The notes under the pieces: model-generated | The model's input: only the letters and a program-made list of their open reading frames with translations | What the model was told of the DNA's origin: nothing | The model's database searches: none | IMG/VR virus record: IMGVR_UViG_3300007735_000793 | Span: 33,067 to 97,066 of that record | From: a virus | DNA length: 64,000 nucleotides | Direction: 5' to 3' (one strand) | Made by a program: the position numbers and the translations under genes | Part shown: piece by piece, positions 39,656 to 50,542 of the stretch | Position numbering within the stretch: the stretch's first letter is position 1 | Layout of the letters: each line of letters begins with the position of its first letter

Positions 39656-40756
39656 CTATCTAACTAATCTAAAATAAAAATTGTCTGAATAATATTGTTT
39701 ATTTCCACCATCATCTATACGAATCATAAATTCATAATATCTTTCAGGTTGTAGTGTATCAAACCAAAAATCAAAATAGTTTCCATCTCCATCACAACTT
39801 AATTTAGTATAAGTAGTATCAAACGGAATAATTACATATTTACTTTCAGCATCCCTTAAAGACCAATATGAAGATGAGGGCAGGTACTTAATCGTTGATA
39901 ATGCCCCACTATTACTAAATGTTCTTTGTGGGTATCTTTCTCTACCATATACTCTAATTCTTTCTTTTGAGTCCTTTACATATTGTGATTTTAGTTTAGG
40001 TAAATAAACTATAATATCGGATGTGTTTAATTCCACCAAAGAAGCCGTAGTAAATGTAGTGTTGTCCCATCGAGTTTCTAAAACAGGTGAATATATCGTA
40101 TTGGTATTCGATGAAAAATATTTGGCAGAACCTAATTTGAATATTGAAGATGATTCATCGGTTTGCGGTAACTTAATCATAAACCCATTATTTGGTCTAC
40201 TGCCACTCAATATATCATTTACATAATGAGTAATATCAACATTTATATCCGATACATTTCTTGTAAACGATTGTGAATATGTGGTGTTGTTTACCGATGA
40301 AGTAAACCAATTACCACCGCCATAGTTTGTTCTATAAAAAAAGTCCGAATTACCTACTGCCAAACTCCACGAAACATCAGTCTGCCTATTATACCAACTT
40401 ACATCGTTTTCGTTTATGGGTGTATCATAAAATCTACCAACCCCATCTGCCCAACTTTGTGATATTGGATAAAACTCCAAAGTATATGTTGTGGGTATTT
40501 CCACCTCTTCGGTGGATACCATTTTCAAATAATGCTTTATATTACTACCTGATATAATACCATCTGATATTGATTGGGATACTGATGATAAATCAAACTT
40601 AATTAATATTCTACTATTACCCAAAAGTATATCGGTATCAGTTGCATCATACAACTTTCTAATTTCCAATATCTCATCATTACTTACATTTTGTAATTGA
40701 CGGACACTATCTTCATATATAGTAGTATCATTAGATGGGTATATTCTATTTATCAT
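39656..40756 (-). CDS. Virion structural protein (DNRLRE-like beta domain)
   Basis: DTTIYE, SRILIKFDL, NNGFMIK, P.LE.RWD. Confidence 0.55.
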   Translation of the reverse strand: MINRIYPSNDTTIYEDSVRQLQNVSNDEILEIRKLYDATDTDILLGNSRILIKFDLSSVSQSISDGIISGSNIKHYLKMVSTEEVEIPTTYTLEFYPISQSWADGVGRFYDTPINENDVSWYNRQTDVSWSLAVGNSDFFYRTNYGGGNWFTSSVNNTTYSQSFTRNVSDINVDITHYVNDILSGSRPNNGFMIKLPQTDESSSIFKLGSAKYFSSNTNTIYSPVLETRWDNTTFTTASLVELNTSDIIVYLPKLKSQYVKDSKERIRVYGRERYPQRTFSNSGALSTIKYLPSSSYWSLRDAESKYVIIPFDTTYTKLSCDGDGNYFDFWFDTLQPERYYEFMIRIDDGGNKQYYSDNFYFRLVR

Positions 40757-40767
40757 TTATTTCTCCC

Positions 40768-42642
40768 TTAAAACAACGGAACTACCCGCCCTTTAATATC
40801 TACATCCGGAAACTTAACTTCAAAGATTGCAGGGTCTTTAGCAGGATATATAATACCATTTCGGGTTGCATTTTTGATGTTATACCTTTTTTCCGAATAC
40901 TCACCACCATACTTATTCACAATTTGTAATCCACCATCACCCCCAGTGGAAGGTCTTACAACCGTCTGAACACCATCTACTTTATCCAAAAGAACATATA
41001 TATCGGATAGTAATATAGGTTGATTTATCTGCCACTTATCAATATTGAAATAATTTTTTAACTCCGAAACACACCTCAACAATACCTCATTTGCATTGTA
41101 GTTGGGTAAAACCACCACCTCAAACTCAACCCCAATGTTTATTATATTACCATCCAAAATGTTAAGAGCATCAGTTAGTATTCTATAAAAGGACATGTAG
41201 TTTTTAAGGTTTTGCTTTGTAGCTTGATTTAAATTGGCCAATGCACCTACATTGTTTTTACCCAATACAAACAAGTTTAACCCCAGCCCATTCAATGTTG
41301 CTATTTTAGAAGTACTCCTATCCTTATAATCAGGTATAACATAAACTTTTGATACCGAACCAAATTGTGGGGGTAATGAATACGCTCTAACCGTATAATC
41401 ATTCAATGTAACTGCGCGATTTTGTGTTGGGAAAAACGATATTGCCTGCTGCCTTATTTCCTCAACAGTATCAGAAAACTTACCACCTGATGTTGGTTCT
41501 TCATTAACTGCTGCAAGAGAAGCCACTACCTCATTAGAAACGGATGGGGCTGATGTGGGTAGTGTATTATCAAAAATAACAGATGATATATTAGATAAAT
41601 CCCGCGCAGGCACATTATCACCAATACCCGTACCAACTCTGTAAACAACAGTTAGTGTGGTATTCGCAGGTGCTAAACCATATTCAGCCGTATACAAAAA
41701 GTTTGATGGGTCTATCGAATTTACTATATTATCCAACTTAAGATTTAGTTTTGGGTCAGGAACCAAATCTTCCATATTAGTTGATAATCCAGAACCAAAC
41801 TGAATTGATAATGAGCCATCATCCTCTATACGGGTAATATACCTTTTTGGTATTTTTTTGAGTTTTAAAACATATGGAGTTTCTTGACTATAATTTTCTA
41901 AACCGGTATTATTGGCACTAATATTTCGCACCTGCTCAAAAATTGTTTGCTGCCCAAGAAAATCAACTTTTGTCCACAAATCACCATTTGAATCAGTTAT
42001 ACTAACCACATCAATCAACCCTTCTTCTGATATGTTGATTTTATCATATGGTCGAGGTGTTCCAAATGTAAAAGTACGAGTTACTAATTCACCACTTATC
42101 GCTTCAACCTTTTTCTTTAATAAAAATCTTGTTGGATTGTTACCAGTACCAATCGCATAGACCGATACCTCCAATGGGTCAAAAAATGATGATGAATATG
42201 AAAAATCAACCTTTTGCTTTGTAGAAAATACAACATTTGGATTAGATGTTGATGTTACCTGCATCCCTTCCTTTACTACAAGAGCATAACTTAAATCGGG
42301 TTTATAGTCTGCTGTAGCAGGCACTAATTGATATACTGATAAGGTTGTTGTTGATGGCGAATATAACTTTGGGGTATATCCAAATGATTGAGCCAAAGAA
42401 ATTACATTTTTTCGTTCCTTTGCTTGCTCTAATATACTTTCTCTTAATTGGGTATCGGTATAATACGATAACACATCCCCAACATAAGATGCCATCTCCA
42501 TAAACATCATACCTGGAGATGACTCATTAAAGTCATTATATGTGTTTGGGTAATATTGTTTGGCAAAATCTATAAGATTTAACCGTAATCCTCCAAAATC
42601 CCTACCTAATAAATTAACTTCTTTTGTTGAATTATTTAACAT
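40768..42642 (-). CDS. Baseplate wedge subunit (T4 gp6-like)
   Basis: DFNESSPG, YVGDVLSYY, QFGSG, QNRAVT..DY. Confidence 0.85.
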   Translation of the reverse strand: MLNNSTKEVNLLGRDFGGLRLNLIDFAKQYYPNTYNDFNESSPGMMFMEMASYVGDVLSYYTDTQLRESILEQAKERKNVISLAQSFGYTPKLYSPSTTTLSVYQLVPATADYKPDLSYALVVKEGMQVTSTSNPNVVFSTKQKVDFSYSSSFFDPLEVSVYAIGTGNNPTRFLLKKKVEAISGELVTRTFTFGTPRPYDKINISEEGLIDVVSITDSNGDLWTKVDFLGQQTIFEQVRNISANNTGLENYSQETPYVLKLKKIPKRYITRIEDDGSLSIQFGSGLSTNMEDLVPDPKLNLKLDNIVNSIDPSNFLYTAEYGLAPANTTLTVVYRVGTGIGDNVPARDLSNISSVIFDNTLPTSAPSVSNEVVASLAAVNEEPTSGGKFSDTVEEIRQQAISFFPTQNRAVTLNDYTVRAYSLPPQFGSVSKVYVIPDYKDRSTSKIATLNGLGLNLFVLGKNNVGALANLNQATKQNLKNYMSFYRILTDALNILDGNIINIGVEFEVVVLPNYNANEVLLRCVSELKNYFNIDKWQINQPILLSDIYVLLDKVDGVQTVVRPSTGGDGGLQIVNKYGGEYSEKRYNIKNATRNGIIYPAKDPAIFEVKFPDVDIKGRVVPLF

Positions 42643-42651
42643 TTACTACTC

Positions 42652-43086
42652 CTAAACTATTGATAATCCACCCTGGTTATCAACCTCTAAAATTATGGTT
42701 TGGTTTGCACCCTGTTCGGTAACTCTGAAACGAATTTTTATAGACACTCTATTATAATCAGGTTCGGTGTTTACTTCAACCCCATCCAATAAAATATATG
42801 GTAACCAAAACCCAATATCTTCCGTTAAAGATGTTTCCAATGTAGAACCCAAATCATCGCCTATGTTTTCAAATAACAATGAATAAATGTTGGCACCAAA
42901 AAGTGGTTGAAATGGTCTTTCACCTTTTGTTGTTAATAGTAAACCCTTTAAGTTAGATATAGCCTGTTGTTCGGTTGTATAGCTGGATTTAAACATGGGA
43001 CTACCACCCAATGGTAGTAATATTCCAACTGCACGATTTTTATCTAAATCAATGGGGTTATATCTATATTGAGTTCTTTGTGCCAC
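42652..43086 (-). CDS. Baseplate wedge gp25/GPW family protein
   Basis: LLLTTKGERPFQPLFG..I..LLFE. Confidence 0.88.
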   Translation of the reverse strand: MAQRTQYRYNPIDLDKNRAVGILLPLGGSPMFKSSYTTEQQAISNLKGLLLTTKGERPFQPLFGANIYSLLFENIGDDLGSTLETSLTEDIGFWLPYILLDGVEVNTEPDYNRVSIKIRFRVTEQGANQTIILEVDNQGGLSIV

Positions 43087-43089
43087 TCA

Positions 43090-43575
43090 TTACCTCTTCT
43101 TTTTATTATTCATTACTTTCATAAGTTGTGAGTAATCTCGTGTAAGAGCATTTACAACGGAAGCACCTGCTTCAGTTTGTGCTAAAGCATCCATAGATAC
43201 GGACCTGCCTTCTGAATCTTGAATAGTAGATTGGTTCATCATACCACCTCCTGCAAAAGATTGCGCCATATCGGATGTAAATGTTCCACCACTATTGATG
43301 TTTCTCCATTCACCACTTTGATAGGTTTCATTTAAAACTTCAGTAAGAGGTGATTTTTTTGTGAATAATGGTTTTTGAGTTTTTTTAGTTTCTTCAAAAA
43401 TATGCTCAACATCTAATGGGTCTTTTTCAACCACATTTGTAACCCTTTTTACCGATTGTTGTTTCAATTCATGTAAAAGCGATTCCTTCATGGATTTTCT
43501 TTCCACAATGAGTTGTTTTTTAACCTCATTCTCAACAATCAGCTTAATTGCTTTTAAAAGTTTTTTAGTATCCAT
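43090..43575 (-). CDS. Hypothetical protein
   Basis: 161-aa ORF. Confidence 0.6.
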   Translation of the reverse strand: MDTKKLLKAIKLIVENEVKKQLIVERKSMKESLLHELKQQSVKRVTNVVEKDPLDVEHIFEETKKTQKPLFTKKSPLTEVLNETYQSGEWRNINSGGTFTSDMAQSFAGGGMMNQSTIQDSEGRSVSMDALAQTEAGASVVNALTRDYSQLMKVMNNKKKR

Positions 43576-43608
43576 AGTAATAAATATATTTTTTTGTATT
43601 TTATTTCA

Positions 43609-44652
43609 CTACAATTGTTTCATTTTCGTAAGTTCTGTTGTAATTCTTGCTAATGCAGGTATAACCTGAGATGTTATTTGAGTATTTGCTACCAATGCAG
43701 GAGCACCTATTGGTGTTAATGGTGGCGCTGTTAGTGCAGAATAAGCTATCACCATAGTTTGCAGAGTAGTGGTTAATGATTGTAAAGTATTTTTAAGTTC
43801 TTCTATTTGTGAAAACATTGTGTTTATATCAGCTTTCCATTTTGTAGTAGAAACATATATGTTATCATTAGAAGATAACACAATACTATCTGATTTACTA
43901 TTAAATACCAACCTATTTGAATTGATAATTACTTGCGAACTATTATAGTTACCTACTAATTTATCAGGCCGTAGTATACCTACTTTATTTGCTAATTTTA
44001 ATTTAACCCTTTGACCATCTGTCAACCAAATACAACTACTATCTTCGTTTATATCCTCAACAGTGAATTTATCATACCCCTTATTTTCAGCAGCACCATT
44101 ACGAATTATGGTTATAGGTGAACCGGGTTGTGTAGATGTCCATGTAGGTCTATTTATGGTTTCAGGTCTTTGTGGGGTATATCCAAATCTGATTGATTGT
44201 CCAAATCTACCCTCAAATATAACATCACCAATATAAGGTTGTAATTGAGATAACCCTTTAATTTCAACAAACCCCTTTCCAAAATCTTTTCTACGATTTG
44301 TAGTATTAGTTCTTTGCGGATTAGGGGATGAATAATTTGTGGTAACATTTAATGATGTAATTGTATTTTTTACCGCGCCTGGTAGTGGGTTGTTATTTAA
44401 CCCTCGTTGTAAAAATGTAGGCGATATGTAATAGTATTGATATCCACCGGATAATGGACCGGATTCAGGCCCAGTAGCAGTTATTAAATAAACTTGCTCA
44501 CCAATAAGAGGTATTGATTTTATATATGGATTTAAGGGATATGCCACCGCATTAGTAGCACCCCCAAACCCTTGCTTTAATGAAACTCCAATTTTATAGA
44601 AATTATCAGAGTTTCTATCACTCAAAAATACTTCGGTTACCTCCGCAAGCAT
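43609..44652 (-). CDS. Baseplate hub/spike (gp5-like) protein
   Basis: PLIGEQV OB-like start, EGRFGQSIRFG, QVIINSNRLVFNSK. Confidence 0.6.
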   Translation of the reverse strand: MLAEVTEVFLSDRNSDNFYKIGVSLKQGFGGATNAVAYPLNPYIKSIPLIGEQVYLITATGPESGPLSGGYQYYYISPTFLQRGLNNNPLPGAVKNTITSLNVTTNYSSPNPQRTNTTNRRKDFGKGFVEIKGLSQLQPYIGDVIFEGRFGQSIRFGYTPQRPETINRPTWTSTQPGSPITIIRNGAAENKGYDKFTVEDINEDSSCIWLTDGQRVKLKLANKVGILRPDKLVGNYNSSQVIINSNRLVFNSKSDSIVLSSNDNIYVSTTKWKADINTMFSQIEELKNTLQSLTTTLQTMVIAYSALTAPPLTPIGAPALVANTQITSQVIPALARITTELTKMKQL

Positions 44653-44654
44653 TG

Positions 44655-45014
44655 TTATTCCTCATCTTTTTTCAATGATGTCAGTTTGGTATCAACATCC
44701 TTACTTGCTTCCAATAACTGCCTCTTTTCCTCATCTGTCAATGCAAACCCACCAATATCACTACTTGCTGCATTTAAAAGACGTTGAGCAATTGCTGCCA
44801 TCCTAACCAATTGGTCATCGTTTTTAACCGAAACCTCTAAATACTCTTTGATTAGTGGAACTACAACTGAAGCATCGTTTAGGTTTTTAACCAATGGCTC
44901 TAACTGCGCAATCAGTAATTTAATTTGTCTATCTTTTTTGCGTGAATTTTCGTAAATATCTTTTAACAAGTCTGCAAAAGATTTACCTTTGAATATATCA
45001 TCATCCTTCGTCAT
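44655..45014 (-). CDS. Hypothetical helical protein
   Basis: 119-aa ORF. Confidence 0.6.
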   Translation of the reverse strand: MTKDDDIFKGKSFADLLKDIYENSRKKDRQIKLLIAQLEPLVKNLNDASVVVPLIKEYLEVSVKNDDQLVRMAAIAQRLLNAASSDIGGFALTDEEKRQLLEASKDVDTKLTSLKKDEE

Positions 45015-45732
45015 AGTATCTTTCTATATTATGATTTAATTTTAAAATACCCGTTTTACTATACTCGGTGTTTAATTCAACAAACATTACTTTCATTTTT
45101 CCTATAACTTTAGTAATATATTGTGTATTTACTCCCGTTCTATCTCTTATAAGTATGTAAAGTGCTTTTTTGTTATATGAGTATAAATCCTTTCGGGTTC
45201 TAAATAACTCATTTACGGAGTCCGCAACCTTTCTATCCCTATCCCTTAAAAATATCTTATTTAAATTTGTATCAATATAATCCACATAAAAATCCATAAA
45301 ATCGGATTTTTCCTCTAAATAATTATGTTCATAAACTTCATTGGAGATATTTCTACCCAAATCAACCGCATCCAACTTTTCATGCACTTTCATTTTAGCA
45401 TAATTTGCGTTATTCTCATTAAACAAAAAGTTTCTTGCAATAACAGTAAAGTATGAAAATGCTTTTCCTCTATCTCCCTTAAACTTATGCATTTTTTCAT
45501 TTAAAAACGCAACAACGGAAGCTTTTACATCTTCATATGGTTCATCGAAATAATAAGTTTTATAAGTGTGTATTACATTCTCTGCCAGTTTATCCAATGG
45601 GTATTTTATAAACCTATTATATATCTTATTTTTTAACACATCACTATCACAATTGTTATAGGCGTTAATAGCCATTTCAGTTATGTGTGTAAAATATCTA
45701 CCACTACTTGGGTTCTTCGCTTTTCTGGCCAT
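45001..45732 (-). CDS. Late-transcription sigma factor-like (T4 gp55-like)
   Basis: KAFSYFTVIARN resembles sigma region 2 of gp55-type factors. Confidence 0.6.
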   Translation of the reverse strand: MARKAKNPSSGRYFTHITEMAINAYNNCDSDVLKNKIYNRFIKYPLDKLAENVIHTYKTYYFDEPYEDVKASVVAFLNEKMHKFKGDRGKAFSYFTVIARNFLFNENNANYAKMKVHEKLDAVDLGRNISNEVYEHNYLEEKSDFMDFYVDYIDTNLNKIFLRDRDRKVADSVNELFRTRKDLYSYNKKALYILIRDRTGVNTQYITKVIGKMKVMFVELNTEYSKTGILKLNHNIERYYDEG

Positions 45733-46012
45733 AGTAACTATCCAATTCCTCTATTATATTAAACATTTCTCTAAATACATAACCTGTCTCATCATCAGCC
45801 TCAAAAGCACCAATTCTATCAATAGACCTCATTCTATCCACTGCGTTTTGAATTCTTTCTTGCATTGAATCCAATATAGTATCAGCCTGAGTATATTCTT
45901 TAACCAATATATCCAAATCTTCTTCTGCCCTTTCCAACTTCCGTAGTAAGTTCCATACAAAGAAACCTAAAAATACATCAGTTAAAAATAGTAATACCAA
46001 TAATATAACCAT
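45704..46012 (-). CDS. Membrane-anchored coiled-coil protein
   Basis: N-terminal hydrophobic helix. Confidence 0.55.
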   Translation of the reverse strand: MVILLVLLFLTDVFLGFFVWNLLRKLERAEEDLDILVKEYTQADTILDSMQERIQNAVDRMRSIDRIGAFEADDETGYVFREMFNIIEELDSYYGQKSEEPK

Positions 46013-46013
46013 A

Positions 46014-46820
46014 TCAATCCTCCATTATATCTTTAAACGCATCAAACACCATATCCACCTTTGGTTTTTCATCCTCCGTACGGGTAGACATCAACTTTTC
46101 AAATTTACTCATTGAACCTGGTCTACCATTTTGAATAGAACCACTTCTACCACCTTTAAGTTTAGTTCCATCAGTTACCCATCGATTGTATTCAAATTTT
46201 GAAGCCATAAAATCGGCCTGGTGTAAAATGTGAGGTAAAAATGTTTTTAGTTGATTTTCAGGCTGAAAACTCTTATAGTAACTTTCAGTAGATGTATCAT
46301 ATAACCCATCTGTCAATCGAATAGCAAGATATTCTTCCTCACTACACTTTACACCAAAATGATTTAATAGATAAAATGTCCTATCGTGTATTTCCATCCA
46401 ATGTAACTTTGGATTGGATTTGTAAATCTTACCCTGATTTTTGACATGCCATTCGGATTCGTTTTTCTTATACCAATCATCCGATACCGAACCTACCTTA
46501 CCCAAATCATGATGCAATGCAGCAAATACCACCGATTCTCGTGTAATATCATCAGTAACCATATCCAAATCCTTCCAAAGTTCGTAAACTTTTAAGGCGT
46601 TTCTTGTAACTCGTAGTATATGGTCAATATATCCACCGGGAAATGCATTATGAAAATGCTCAAACGATGAAGCGGGTGTGTAAATAATCCGCTCTTCAAA
46701 GTGGTCATACATTTTGTTCAGAGCATCTAACCTCTCACCACTAAATTCCTGATTAATAAGTTTTCTGAACTTTTTGTAGTTTTCCAGTAGTTCTTCTGGT
46801 GTAAAAAAATCAAAATACAT
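46014..46820 (-). CDS. HD-domain phosphohydrolase
   Basis: GGYIDH, HHDLGK, LHQAD. Confidence 0.8.
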   Translation of the reverse strand: MYFDFFTPEELLENYKKFRKLINQEFSGERLDALNKMYDHFEERIIYTPASSFEHFHNAFPGGYIDHILRVTRNALKVYELWKDLDMVTDDITRESVVFAALHHDLGKVGSVSDDWYKKNESEWHVKNQGKIYKSNPKLHWMEIHDRTFYLLNHFGVKCSEEEYLAIRLTDGLYDTSTESYYKSFQPENQLKTFLPHILHQADFMASKFEYNRWVTDGTKLKGGRSGSIQNGRPGSMSKFEKLMSTRTEDEKPKVDMVFDAFKDIMED

Positions 46821-46822
46821 AA

Positions 46823-47458
46823 TTAAATAATTTTATCAATAATACCTAAATTAAGGGCATCCTCTGCCGTTAAAAACAAATCGCTTTGCTGATTTGATTC
46901 CCACCATTCCTTTGGTTTGTTTGTGAACTCTGCCATCATAGTGTTACATTCCTCCTCAAGCTTATCAGCAAATTTTGCGTTTGATTTTACATCACTCAAT
47001 TTACCTGCTGCAAAAGTTGATAGTTGGTGAACCATAATCTTTGAGTGCTTTGAAGCGGCTCTAACACCAGTACCTGCTGCAAGTAAGAGTGCTGCAGCGG
47101 ACATTGCAATACCTCTACAAATGATATTGAATTTAATATCTTTATTACCCCTAATGTAATCAATCATACCCAATGTTTCTACAACATCACCACCACCTGA
47201 ATTCAATAGTATGTTTATTGAAGTAAGTTCGGTATTTATCTTTTTAAGTAATCTTACCTTAGCAATAAATTCGGGAAGTAAACCCATCTGAATTTCATCG
47301 CATATTACAATTACATTGTCTGTTAAATCAATACCATAATCAAACTCTCTAAAATAATCTTTGTATGGATCATCCATAGTATCATTCTTTTTAGTTTTAT
47401 AACTATAATTTACATTCTGATTAGAAGTGCTTGTGTAAAGGTCATCTTGTGTTGACAT
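46823..47458 (-). CDS. clpP: ClpP-like protease subunit
   Basis: LNSGGGDV, AMSAA (Ser), MVHQ (His), DLFLTAEDA. Confidence 0.85.
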   Translation of the reverse strand: MSTQDDLYTSTSNQNVNYSYKTKKNDTMDDPYKDYFREFDYGIDLTDNVIVICDEIQMGLLPEFIAKVRLLKKINTELTSINILLNSGGGDVVETLGMIDYIRGNKDIKFNIICRGIAMSAAALLLAAGTGVRAASKHSKIMVHQLSTFAAGKLSDVKSNAKFADKLEEECNTMMAEFTNKPKEWWESNQQSDLFLTAEDALNLGIIDKII

Positions 47459-47512
47459 ATATTTTTAATTTTAATTTTACTTATTATACAAAATAATTGT
47501 TAGATTTCCAAA

Positions 47513-48547
47513 TTATCTATACCTATCAGCCCCAGTTTTTCTATATGTGTGTATAGGTGGTGGTTGGGGTTGTTCGTTGTATAAATTTACAGCCTCTTCG
47601 GTAGTTGGTTCAAATACAACATCCGGTTTTTCTTGTTCCTTTATTTCCACAACAGGCTCTTCCACTAAGGGTTCTTCCACCACAACAGGTTCATCATTTA
47701 ATGGTTGTTCAACAATTGGGGGAGTTTCAACAATTTCATTTTTAACTATCACCTCTCCTACATCCGGTCTAATCTCCTTAACCAATTTGTTTAAAGCAAC
47801 TACCATAGCGATTGCCAATGGGTCAAAAACCAATACTATCAGTAAAGTAAACCAATTCACTATTTTATCCATACCCCACCCAGTTAGTTTTGCTAAATAT
47901 CTTAATGGGCCAATTTCAGCAGCAACCTCATTGTTTGACTCTTTATCTAATATTTGTAAATCCAATGATGTCAAAGAATCATTCAACCCTTCTATTTTTA
48001 AACTTAATTCATCCCTTTGCGAAATAGCAGTTTTTAACTCACCACTCAACACCCTCCGCTGCGATGCAGCCCCTCTATCAGTTTGTGAATTGTTATTTGC
48101 TAAACCACCTCTTAATCCTGAAATTGAGGTTTCTAACATGCGCTTTTCTTCATTCAAATCAGCAAGTTGTTCTTTGAACCTGGTTCTTTTTACATCTGTA
48201 ATACCAACCTCTTTATCCAAAATTGTCAATTTATCGCTTGTTGTCTGATATGCCGATGTTAAAAACCCATATATACCTAATGATGTTATAATCATTAATA
48301 TACCAACAGCTGAAACCAAATACCATCTCAACCATCCAATTGTTTTCCAGTAGTTGTGGAGATATGAAGCAAGAATTAATTTTGCAAACTCCAATGAACC
48401 TGCCATTATAATTACTTCAGTCCTTGCACCTGCAAAAAGTGAACTAAGCCCGAAAACCGAATAATAAGCAGCCGAGCCTGCAAGTGTGAATGTAGACAAT
48501 ATCATTAAGAAAATAAATCCGTTTTTCCTACTGAAAAAGTTTTTCAT
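47513..48547 (-). CDS. Multi-pass membrane protein with coiled coil
   Basis: Three N-terminal and one C-terminal TM helices; start moved to MKNFF. Confidence 0.65.
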   Translation of the reverse strand: MKNFFSRKNGFIFLMILSTFTLAGSAAYYSVFGLSSLFAGARTEVIIMAGSLEFAKLILASYLHNYWKTIGWLRWYLVSAVGILMIITSLGIYGFLTSAYQTTSDKLTILDKEVGITDVKRTRFKEQLADLNEEKRMLETSISGLRGGLANNNSQTDRGAASQRRVLSGELKTAISQRDELSLKIEGLNDSLTSLDLQILDKESNNEVAAEIGPLRYLAKLTGWGMDKIVNWFTLLIVLVFDPLAIAMVVALNKLVKEIRPDVGEVIVKNEIVETPPIVEQPLNDEPVVVEEPLVEEPVVEIKEQEKPDVVFEPTTEEAVNLYNEQPQPPPIHTYRKTGADRYR

Positions 48548-48749
48548 AATTTTTTCCCAATTTTCAATTTTATTAACTTTCTCGATTGTATTTATTAACA
48601 AATAGCTTGTTTATCATTTTAAGTATAAATAAGTATAATAAGCTTGATTACAAAATGTATCAACTAAGTAACAAAAGCTTGTTAGGCTTACCAAAGTTAA
48701 AAAGCTTAAATAAACATTTACTAAAAGCATACAAACAAATAAGGAGAGG

Positions 48750-49640
48750 TTATGCCTCATACTTTTCTAAATACGAAATAACAGCCAATTCTTTCATTTT
48801 TGCTTCTACCTCAATATCTAAGTCATATCCATAAGTATTGATTTTTTCAAAAATGTAGTCAGAGTGAGCCTGTGGTATTTTACCTGGCGCTGATTCCGAA
48901 TAGTGAACTAATGGTTTAATACCTTCAGCCCAAGTACTCATCGCCATTTCCAGCGCATCCTTTTCCGATAAATCCCCAGTGCAAAATTTGTGGTGATGGT
49001 AATCAAATACAATAGGTATACCGGTCCGTTGGTGGATATACATTAAATCTTTTACTGAATACATACTTGCCTTATCATCATTTTCCACCGTCAAACGGGT
49101 CTGAACCGATTCCGGCAGTCTTTCAAAGTTTCTACAAAACCTATCCATCGCTGATTCTTTATCTCCATAAACACCATTACAATGGATATTGATTACATTA
49201 TAATGTGTCCTACTTAATCCCATCAAATCAAATACCTCACCATGTAATGATAAATCGGTTATGGTATTTCTCACCACATTTTCATTAGGTGAAACGAGAA
49301 CATTAAAGGGGCCTGGATGGGATGTAATTCGTTGCCCATACTCTGATGCCAATTCGCCAATATCTTTTAATATGGATGCTATGGAGTTGAAATGGGGCAT
49401 ATCACATAATTGGTATTCGGATGACCAAGGAAATAAGTTAGAAGTGGTTCTGAACAATTTAAATCCGTTTTGCTCATTCCACTTAACAATTTTCATCAGG
49501 TCTTTAGTATTTAACAATCCTAACTCCGAAGCCCTATCAATACCTTCTTTCAAAAAGGTTTTTTTAATCATACCCCTATTGGTGGTAATCTTTTTCTTGC
49601 CCAAAGTCATATTGATGCAAGCGTATCCTAAGTTTGACAT
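48750..49640 (-). CDS. uvsE: UV damage endonuclease
   Basis: LGYACIN, HPGPF, ENDDK, VFDYHHH, HYSES, AHSD, EAKMKE. Confidence 0.92.
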   Translation of the reverse strand: MSNLGYACINMTLGKKKITTNRGMIKKTFLKEGIDRASELGLLNTKDLMKIVKWNEQNGFKLFRTTSNLFPWSSEYQLCDMPHFNSIASILKDIGELASEYGQRITSHPGPFNVLVSPNENVVRNTITDLSLHGEVFDLMGLSRTHYNVINIHCNGVYGDKESAMDRFCRNFERLPESVQTRLTVENDDKASMYSVKDLMYIHQRTGIPIVFDYHHHKFCTGDLSEKDALEMAMSTWAEGIKPLVHYSESAPGKIPQAHSDYIFEKINTYGYDLDIEVEAKMKELAVISYLEKYEA

Positions 49641-49659
49641 AATTTTGGTTTATATTCCA

Positions 49660-49691
49660 CAAATATAATAAAAAAGGGGGATTTTTACAAA
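49660..49691 (-). promoter_or_regulatory. Bacteroidota-type sigma70 promoter
   Basis: TTTG-N20-TATATTTG upstream of uvsE. Confidence 0.65.
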
Positions 49692-49697
49692 CCCCCC
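49669..49697 (-). terminator. Rho-independent terminator
   Basis: GGGGG-TTTGTAAAAAT-CCCCC followed by T7. Confidence 0.7.
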
Positions 49698-49723
49698 ATA
49701 TTAAATTATTATTAAATTTTTGA

Positions 49724-50542
49724 TTAAATGTATTTGTGTAGTAGGCTATATGCTCTACCCAATCTCGTTAATCCAATACCCCCACCAAATCGAGGGAAGA
49801 AATCATGCGATAAAAATTCTTCTAATTCCTTTTCAACCCTTTCTCTACCAAATAAGCTAAATAACTTTTCTGAATATTTACCATCTTCAATACTATAAAA
49901 CATTTCACGCATTTTGGTTACATCACAACTTCTTTCAGCCGAACCAATGGTTTCTTGCCCATATAGTATAACATCTACTTTATTGAATATACCATCATCG
50001 TTATGCTGCATATTCCAAAATGGGTTTGTTCTTATGGGGAAATTTTGTAATGAAATTACATTACCTTTTTCTTTCCACATTCTTTCTTCATGCTCATTTT
50101 CCAAAATTGAAACATCGCCATATTCTGCGCACACATCATCATAATTTACTTCAACGGGAGAATCAAATCCTAAATGCCTCAATAAATCACTTTCCAATTG
50201 TAATAACTCTTTAATACCGCCCTTTGATTCAAACTCAAACATCGGAAATATAAGTTCGTGTCTACCAGGTATTGGATTTTTTTCTTCCCTATAAGAAGTC
50301 GAAATGCAATAAACTCCATTCCATTCAGGATTTTTAAGTAGTTCATACTCCAACCACATTTGACCTGTTTGTGGTAGAGGGTAAATCTCACCACCATATT
50401 CAAAGGTTTTAATCGAATGAGGATTTTCACATGCTGCGAGAATTGATAATCGGCTTTGAACCGGAACTTCATAGTAACCCCTATCTAAAAAGAAGTTACG
50501 CATTTGTTGAACCATTTTATGGTACAATACTGTGTTTTTCAT
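49724..50542 (-). CDS. Class II aaRS (AsnRS/AspRS-like) catalytic core without anticodon-binding domain
   Basis: Motif 2 YREE...RH...F.MFEFE; motif 3 GGGIGLTRL; 272 aa. Confidence 0.8.
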   Translation of the reverse strand: MKNTVLYHKMVQQMRNFFLDRGYYEVPVQSRLSILAACENPHSIKTFEYGGEIYPLPQTGQMWLEYELLKNPEWNGVYCISTSYREEKNPIPGRHELIFPMFEFESKGGIKELLQLESDLLRHLGFDSPVEVNYDDVCAEYGDVSILENEHEERMWKEKGNVISLQNFPIRTNPFWNMQHNDDGIFNKVDVILYGQETIGSAERSCDVTKMREMFYSIEDGKYSEKLFSLFGRERVEKELEEFLSHDFFPRFGGGIGLTRLGRAYSLLHKYI

